A stretch of 64,000 bases of DNA. Origin: the human T2T-CHM13v2.0 reference genome, Homo sapiens. Location: assembly GCF_009914755.1 (NCBI RefSeq), contig NC_060944.1; one strand, given 5' to 3'. Position 1 is the first letter of the stretch, and each line of letters opens with the position of its first letter. The translations under genes and the position numbers were made by a program. Of the stretch, positions 56,071 to 64,000 are shown one piece after another. The notes below the pieces were generated by a model that had not been told where the DNA came from, did not search any database, and saw only the letters and a list, made by a program, of their open reading frames with translations.

Positions 56071-56605
56071 ATTTAGTTACCTATTGATGCATAAGAAATT
56101 ACCCCAAAACTTACATACACCCCAAAACAACAATGAATGTTTATTATCTCACAGTTTTTCTGGGTCAGGAATTTGGTAGCAACTTAGCTGGGTGGTTCCA
56201 GCTCAGGGTGTCTCCTATGGCTGCAGTCACAGTGACAGCCAAGATTGCTGTCATCCAAGGGTTCGCCTGGGGCTAGAGGAACCATTTCTAAACGACCCAC
56301 TTTCGTGGCTGCCAAGTTAGTGCTGGCTGTTGGCAGGAGGCCTCAGTACCTTTCTATGTGGGCATCTCCACAGAGACGCTTGAGTGTTCTCATAACATGG
56401 CTGCCACTTCTTCCAGAGCAAATGATCCCAGATAACAAAGCTGAAGATATGATGCCTTTTATAACTGAGTCTGGGAAGTCACACACTCTCACAGTATTCT
56501 ACTGGTCACTAGGATGGGCATGATTCCGTGTGGGAAAGACTACAACAAGGTGAGAAGCCCAGGAGGCAAAGCTGCTTGGGAGCCACCTTGGAGGCTGGCT
56601 ACCAT
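56071..56605 (-). mobile_element. MLT1F-type LTR
   Basis: AAATTACCCCAAAACTTA...TTTATTATCTCACAGTTT...GGGTCAGGAATTTGG...TTGGAGGCTGGCTACCA. Confidence 0.85.
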
Positions 56606-57489
56606 GGGCTACGAAGCCCATCAGATGGGCTGAGTTAATTTTCTCCCTGCTTGAGCCAGAATCAATCAATAATGCTGATCAGTAACAAAATCCTGAGCAG
56701 TATCCCCAGCCAGGAAAGTGGCGGCTTGTTTAGGATTTGATACTTTTGCCTTGTTTATCTCACTTCAAGCAGTTTTCCTTGCATCATGAGAAATTTGCTG
56801 TTCAAGTCTCGCCCTCTGTCTGAGCCAACCTGAGAGACCAATTCAAACGGATTCAGTCCCTGAGACAACAAGATAGAAATTCATAATTAAAGTGGGAAGT
56901 AAAGGAAATTAATCTGTCTGGCAAAAGGCTATAAAGTAACTCTACTGCCAGACACAGAATCTGCCATGGGAAAACAGATGGGAATAATAAGTAAATATAA
57001 CCAATGCCAAGCAGAACCAGGAAGGGCAATTTATAGCTACTTAAATAATTTTCTCATTTCTTTTTTTAATTGAGGCTATTCAGAATGCCAGAACAAGTGG
57101 TGAGAGTGTGAACTTTTCGTCAGCCTCGACTGCATGTGCAGACCAGTCAAAAACAAGGCGTGACCACTGGAGATCGTGTTTGGGAATCAGTCACGGTTTC
57201 CCAATTGATGGGCATGGTTGGTAATTTCACGCAAGGACTTGGAATTCTCATGACCTGACGCTTCTTTGTGTGGTGTGATTCTGTGCACGAAGGTGACTGG
57301 GTTTCTGCCTTTGCTGTTTAAACACCTTTGCTGTGGCCCGCAGAGGAGAAGTAGTTTGGTGTTTATGACCAAAGATAAATGCAGTTTTAAAAGTAGCAGT
57401 GTCCAAGTTAGTTAGACCCTACTAGAGGCAAATATACCTGAGATCATGAGGACTGGGATCAACTTTGCAGGGTACAAAAAAATTTTCCT

Positions 57490-57787
<298 letters not shown>

Positions 57788-58673
57788 TTAGAAGACGTGG
57801 TTTAATCTTACCAGCACATCCGGCATACACTGCTGTGTGCAGTAGGCAGTGATTTTCATGACTAGATGAGCTGCACTGAGAATATTTATCATTTTGGCCT
57901 CCGTTATAAGGTATCCTCCTTTCGGCCCTGAAGGAGAAGATACAGGCAGTCAGAGTGCACTGGAGGGTAATTAACCTCGTCCAGAAAGGGTGGGAATGGG
58001 GAGGTCTCCGGTGGAACTGACATTTAAGCAAAAAAAATGAGTTAGGGTCAGTAGGGAAGGGAGACAAGACTTACCTTCCCCATTGCAGGGGTGAGGAATC
58101 AGTAGAACCTGCATCCCAGTTCTGCCCTTTGACATAGGATTCTAGTTTTCCCCAACAACAGTCAGCCATCAGCTCACAGTCCTCCCCACACCACCAAGTC
58201 ACGCTTAGGTATTCACTATTCACACATGGCAGAGAACAAGTTTCCATTTGAAAGGCTAGTATGTGACATGCCCAGTACCTAGCACTTTCTCAGCACATAG
58301 TCCTAATAATAGTAATGCCCCCAGCCCCCACTACCATCACCCCAATAAGAAGAAGTAGCTGACATCCAAGTCCTGACTCTGCCAATCTCCGGATCTCAGT
58401 GTCTAGGTGACTAACTCACTGAATCCGCACCACCACCCCACGCAGGTGGTACCACTTCCCCATTTTACAGATGAGGACATTGAGGCCTAGAAAGGTTAGA
58501 TAACTTACCCAAAGATGCATCTGCATTAAGGGGCAGGACTGAGACAGTCCCTTTGGGAAGTGGGTTCACCGCAGTGACACACAGCCCCATTTCAGGACTT
58601 CCTACGCTGTGTCCTCCAGAGACATAGCTATCTTGACTGTCCAAATGAAGCTGCTTTAAAAAGGCACCTGCAG

Positions 58674-58981
58674 GGCCGGGCGCGGTGGCTCACGCCTGTA
58701 ATCCCAGCACTTTGGGAGGTCAAGGTGGGCAGATCACGAGGTCAGGAGATCGAGACCATCCTGGCTAATACAGCGAAACCCTGTCTCTACTAAAAATACA
58801 AAATACAAAAAAAAAAAATTAGCTGGGCATGGTGGTGGGTGCCTGTAGTCCCAGCTATTCGGGAGGCTGAGGCAGGAGAATGGTGTGAACCCAGGAGGCG
58901 GAGCTTGGAGTGAGCCGAGATCGCGCCACTGCCCTCCAGCCTAGGGAACAAGAGCGAAACTTCATCTCGGAAAAAAAAAAA
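58674..58981 (+). mobile_element. AluY
   Basis: GATCACGAGGTCAGGAGATCGAGACCATCCTGGCTAA; TSD AAAAAGGCACCTGCAG at 58658-58673 and 58982-58997. Confidence 0.96.
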
Positions 58982-59089
58982 AAAAAGGCACCTGCAGGAG
59001 ATGGTTAGAGCATTCGATAGGCTACATCTTTGGTGGGTCACTTGGAACGTCTGTCTCTGTATCTACAGATCTCTGTGGGCACCTGGTAA

Positions 59090-59630
59090 GTACCTTCCCC
59101 CAGACCCAGCAATAGCACTTTCTGGAAAGCGCCCTTCAGATGTCCTTGGACACAGGTGTGACAATGATACACGTGCATGGTTATTTGTTGCAGCAGGACT
59201 TTGAAAAGCGAGGGTGTGAAAACACCCCAAATGGCCATCAATATGCTTAAATTAGGTCAATATGCTTAAATTAGATTATGGAACACCTGCATAGTATGAT
59301 ACTATAATATTCTGAAAAACAACAAGGACATCCTCTAGGTACTGATTCAAAAAGACTGCGGAGATATATCAGGTACAACAGTCAGATGCCGTATAGAGCG
59401 TATACCACATGATAATTTGTGCTTTGGAAAAACAGAAAAGAAACACGCGTGTCTGTAAGAAGCATGGGTGATCTTGTGGGGGCACCTCAGAACTTAGCAA
59501 CAGGGGCTTATTTGTCTCTGGGAAAGCGAGCAGAGAAACCTGGGGACTCAGGGGCTGGAGAAAGCTTACATTTCCTCGTATAACCTTTTGCATCATATTT
59601 GAGGTTTTATCAGATACAGGTGCCAGCATA
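59090..59630 (+). mobile_element. Old L1ME fragment
   Basis: GACCCAGCAATAGCACTTTCTGGAA...AACACCCCAAATGGCCATCAATA; diverged. Confidence 0.55.
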
Positions 59631-60885
59631 TATATATACATATATATATATATTTTTTTTTTTTTGAAAAAAGATAAAACACAGCAACAGCTGGAGGGGC
59701 TAAGAGAGATGTGTCTGGAAACAAAGGTGGTGAGGGAGGGAAAATTCCTTCTGAGAGCACACCTCAAACGCAGGTGTGGGCTTTTGATGCCCCATTTCCC
59801 AAGAGGCGACCGCCTTCCTTTTGATCACCCATGTCCTGTGATTCCCCTCAGGAATTCCCTCCACGGGCAGGTCCTGGCCTACATTGAGATGACACGGGTG
59901 TCCTCAGAGGCTGCTGGCTCGGCCGTGCTTGTCTACCAGAGCCCTCTGTTGCCCCGAGGCCCCTGGGAAGGGTCAGTGCTCACTATGATTATAGTTCCTG
60001 TCTGCGCTGGTGTCCATAGCCATTAAAAAACACATCCCCAGCGGCTGCCACCCTTGCAGCCGCCCACACTCTGTCCAGGGGGCACACAGGGCTCTGTAAC
60101 CCCGCATGACACCTCAATTTGGGACAAAGTCTCAACATTCCCCCCAGCCAGCCCCCGTCTGGCTGCAGATGTCCTTTGCAGCTGACCTTCCTCTCCGCCC
60201 ACATCGCTGCTCTCCAGGGAGGGGCACATGCTTTTTCAAAATGAGATGTTGGGATAGAAGTGCAAGAACATCATTTCCAGGAAAGACGAGTCTCTACCAG
60301 GTGTGCCCAGACAGACAGGTCCTCATGGGCACGCAGAGCTAGGAAAGGAACAATTGCCCTCCATGAGTGGGCCTGGCCGCTGAGACACCAGGCCATTGAC
60401 CCCTCCCATGCTGGACTCAGCTCCAGCTTCTGTGGCCACATTCCTCCCATTGTGTTATCTTTTGGGACTTGGTGATCCCTACAAAGGCTGGCCAATGTGC
60501 TGAGGGCTTTCCAGACATTCTATCTATGTACACATGAAATAACCATAAGAGGTAGGTAGTGTTGAACCAATGTTTCCACAGTTGGGAACCAAAGTGCAAA
60601 GAAAGCAGAGAACTTGACCAAAGTCACAGAGATGTGGGTTGAGGGAGTGGAGTCACGGTTTGAATTTAGGTCTGGTGGCCACCACCCCAGCCTTGTGATC
60701 ACAGAACACCCAAGAGCTCCTTCCTACTTGGTCCAGATGCACTGTCCAAGCTCAGTACAGGGCCCCAGGCAGCCACCACTGAGCAATAGGACCGTCATCT
60801 CCAAGAGGGAGGGACATGATCTGGCCTAGGGCAACAGCACCTCCCACAGTGTGTGGCACTGAATGGGAATTCAGTAAATACTTAT

Positions 60886-61232
60886 GGAGGGAAGGGAGGA
60901 AGGAAAACAGGGAGGGAAGAGGAAGAAGGAAGGAAGGAAGGAAAGAAAGAAAGAGAGAGAGTGAGAGAGGGAGGGAGAGAGAGAAAGAAGGAAGGAAAGA
61001 AAGAGAAAGAAAGAGGGAAGTAGAGAGAGAGAGAAAGAGAGAAAGAAAAAGAAAGAAGGAAAGAAAGAAAGAAAGAAAAGGAAAGAAAGGAAAAGAGGGA
61101 GGGAGGGAAGGAAGAGAGAAAGAAAAAGGAAAGAAATAGAGAAAGAAAAAGAAAGAGAGAGAGGGAGGGAAGGGAAGAGAAGAGAAGGGAAGGGAAGGGA
61201 GGAAGGAAGAAAAGGAGGAAGGGAAGGAAGGT
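60886..61232. repeat. ~345-bp polypurine (GGAA/GAAA/GA)n tract following an L2 3' end
   Basis: Visible directly; only a handful of pyrimidines. Confidence 0.97.
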
Positions 61233-61747
61233 GAGGAATATATCCCCCAGTGAAATGAACACGATGGCGAAGTGCCACTTTGGGCGCAGGGTTGGGCGAG
61301 TGGAGTGCCTCTTCCATACCCTCCCCTTCTGCGAACTGGATTCTAGAAGAATTCATAGCCACACGATGGAGCCTGGGACCCTGAGTCCCTGCCTCAGGAA
61401 CATCTACCGAGGCTGTTACATGGCCACGAAATGAACCGCATTGGGTTGGAGCCATCATACATTGGGGTCTATTTGTGACAGCAGGGCAGCCCACCCTGAC
61501 TCATGGAACAGGAGCGGGAGAAGCTCCCTGCCCTCTGGGGCCCTAGGTGCCGCTCAGCAGCTCCGGGCTCTGAGCCAGTGAGCCGGTGTACCACGCAGAC
61601 GGCTTGATTTTTCTTCCCACCCGAGCACGGGACGGACAGTCTGCACTGGGCGGGCAAGAGCATGGCTGAGTTAATGGGTTCTTGGGTGAAACTTTCAGAG
61701 GGACACAGGCCACTGTTGAACTCAAGTTCTTTTTGTAAGCTCTAGCC

Positions 61748-62091
61748 CAGCGGTCCCCAACCTTTGTGGCCCAGCGGTCCCCAACCTTTGTGGCACCAGG
61801 GACAGGTTTTGTGGAAGACAATTTTTCCACGGCCCAGGGCGGAGGGTGAGGTTTTGGGATGAAGCATCAGTCAGTCGTTAGAGTCTCGGAAGGAGCGCAC
61901 AACTAGATCCGTCGCGTGCGCAGTTCACAGTAAGGGTTCGCGCTCCCGTGAGGATCTAAGGCCGCCACTGATCTGGCTGGAGGTGAAGCTCAGGCGGTGA
62001 TGCTCGCCCGCCCGCCGCTCACCTCCTGCTGTGCGGCCGGTTCCTAGGAGGCCACAGAGCAGTCGGTCGCAGCCCAGGGGTTGGGGACCCG
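61748..62091 (+). mobile_element. MER1B (hAT-Charlie), CpG-rich, with 5' terminus tandemly duplicated
   Basis: CAGCGGTCCCCAACCTTT...GTTTTGTGGAAGACAATTTTTCCACGG...GGGGTTGGGGACCC; 8-bp TSD CTCTAGCC at 61740-61747 and 62092-62099. Confidence 0.93.
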
Positions 62092-62218
62092 CTCTAGCCC
62101 CATCTGACCTGTAATATTGTTCCGGCTCGCCTTTCCGTGCATTGCAGTTTCCCTTTGAAATTCACCATTTGCCAAGGGACAAGGGCCCCTCTTTAAAGGC
62201 AGAAACATATCAGGAGCT

Positions 62219-62655
62219 ATTTTAGATCAGGTTCCCTAGGAACAGGGCAAGCGGCTTGTTGGGGTGCTCTCAGGAGAAGAACAACCTCTAAGGGAGAGAA
62301 GGAAGCAGGAGAGGGAGAGGAAGAGGCCAAGCACAGCTCCGGCTCAGCTGGAATCTACAGCCAGCCTGACCCACGGGGAGCTCTGGGGCATGAATGGCCA
62401 CACGTGGTGTCTTCCTACCTTGAGGCAAAGGAGCGGGCTTTTGTATCCCCATCGGGTCATGGGTGCTCAGGGGAGAAAGCTCAGGGGAGAAAGCATGTCT
62501 CTCTACCCCGGCATCTCCAGGCAAACGGCGTCAATCCCTGAAGGACAATTGTCTTAGGAAGATTGCATGTGAAGCTCTTATCCACAGCCCTAGAGCTGCG
62601 GGGGATGCATGTGCCGTCTACAGAGGGACGTCTGGGCAGGGAACTTAGAGCATAT
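62219..62655 (-). mobile_element. LTR16-type ERVL LTR
   Basis: TTAGATCAGGTTCCCTAGGAA...GCCTGACCCACGGGGAGCTCTGG. Confidence 0.65.
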
Positions 62656-62714
62656 GCTCTAAGAGTATTGGTGAGCGCCCTGGGGACGGGGATGAAGAGA
62701 ATGCAGAGAGAGAG

Positions 62715-62940
62715 CCGGTGCATGCTGGCCAGACACTTGCTGGGTACTCCATGCTATTTCATTTGACCTTCACGACAGTTCAAAGGAAGCTTCTATCATT
62801 GTTATTGTTCCATTCTACAGATGTGGATATTGAGTCTTAGAAAGATAAAAGGATTTTTCTAAGGTCCCTTTCTAGAGGTTGAAAGAAGCAGAGCAGGAAT
62901 TTGAACTCAGGCCGATCTGACTCTGGATCTGTTACCACTG
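62715..62940 (-). mobile_element. MIR
   Basis: CCATTCTACAGATGTGGATATTGAG...GCAGAGCAGGAATTTGAACTCAGG. Confidence 0.75.
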
Positions 62941-63429
62941 CAGAGCTCTGCCTCCCCGATGCCAGAGAGCAGCGTGGCGGGTCTGCGCTGGGTCAGAGCA
63001 GAGCAAGGCAAGGTCTCTCAGCCCCTTGACGCTTCCATACCAGAGTTGGCCTGGCCTTTGTCTCCAGGCTCGGCACCAACCAGGAAAGCTGCTAGCAGAG
63101 CCGCTGGTCTGGCCAGAGACTCCACCCAGTTGTTGCAGACAGGGTGGGGTGTGTGGTCCAGTAGCCCAGTTCCTCTCACTGGGGATCCTCAGCTGCAGCT
63201 GCCTTACAGGTTGTGCAGTCACTTCTGACTCAGAGGCTGCCCAGCCTCCCGGTTTGCTGATTCTGCAAAATAAACAGTCCCGAGCTGCTGCTTGCTTCAT
63301 TTGGAATGCCTGGTCTTCCTGGGAGTGGTAGAGGACAAGAGTACGTTTAGGACGCTGTGAGAAATTCACTGACGGAACTGGTCTCCCCCAAACTGCAAAA
63401 TATGGTGCTGAGGGTGTGCTCCCAGGGAA

Positions 63430-63615
63430 GCTACACTAGGCAGACTCTCAAGCTAGACTGCCTGGGCTCAAATCCCAGGCCCATCTCTCAGCAGCCACAT
63501 GGCCCAGGGCAAGTCACTGAGCCTCCCTGAGCCTGTGGATAATCAAAGGCACTTTCCTTGAGGAGTTTTTGCAAGAGTTAATTGAGATAATTCATGGAAG
63601 GTGCTTAGTGCTTAT
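63430..63615 (+). mobile_element. MIR
   Basis: GACTGCCTGGGCTCAAATCCCAG...GGGCAAGTCACTGAGCCTCCCTGAGCCT. Confidence 0.75.
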
Positions 63616-63774
63616 TAATTTTTATAATCATGATTTTAAAAAGCAATTCTCCTTGCATTTAATTCAACAAGGTTTCTGGAAGACCTTATTTTAAAGGACC
63701 TCCCAGCCTTGTGAGAGAGACAGGTCACTGGAAAATCTATGAAATTTGGCTAAGGCCAAAAGGACACCCCCTCC

Positions 63775-64000
63775 TTTATCAAAGTACTTTAGAGATGTTA
63801 TTTCATTATGTCCTGGCCTCCATGGGTTCTGAAGAGAAGTTAGAAGTAATTAGCATGTAACGGGCTGTTTTTCCTCTGGCTGATTTTAGGATCTTCTCTT
63901 CATGTTTGACTATAGTGTGCCTAATTATTGTTGTTGTTTTCGTCCTTCTTGGGGTTCACTGATCTTCTTGAATCTGTAAATGTATGTCTTTCATCAGATT
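63775..64000 (-). mobile_element. Old L1M fragment (5'/ORF1 region), runs off the window
   Basis: TTTTTCCTCTGGCTGATTTTAGGATCTTCTCTT...GGGGTTCACTGATCTTCTTGAATCTGT. Confidence 0.6.

Overview
This is primate (almost certainly human) non-coding genomic DNA, either intergenic or deep intronic. About half of it is transposable-element debris: about 24 Alus (J, S, Y and monomers), many MIR and L2 fragments, old L1 3' ends, MaLR and ERVL LTRs, five ERV1-class solo LTRs (MER41A x2, MER66 x2, MER52A) and hAT/Tigger MITEs (MER20 x6 plus one duplicated copy, MER33, MER53 x2, MER82, MER94 x3, MER102, MER1B, MER5A). I found no credible protein-coding exon, tRNA, rRNA or CRISPR array. The ORF track is explained by Alu, LTR and simple-repeat frames plus chance ORFs. 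I cannot assign the locus. Repeat family names come from remembered consensus sequences and need RepeatMasker/Dfam confirmation; boundaries of old elements are approximate. I did not find a new gene system. The most notable structures are: (1) a cluster of local templated duplications of similar age in the first 7 kb (a ~365-bp L2/MER20 junction fragment copied into an MSTB LTR, a ~345-bp inverted duplication, and a 22-bp fold-back hairpin near its breakpoint); (2) two separate inverted pairs of same-family solo LTRs (MER41A convergent, MER66 divergent), each copy with its own target-site duplication; (3) an unusually CpG-rich, apparently GC-shifted MER1B; (4) repeat-free islands carrying PBX-HOX/MEIS/FOX/SOX or AP-1/NF-kB motifs that look like enhancers.
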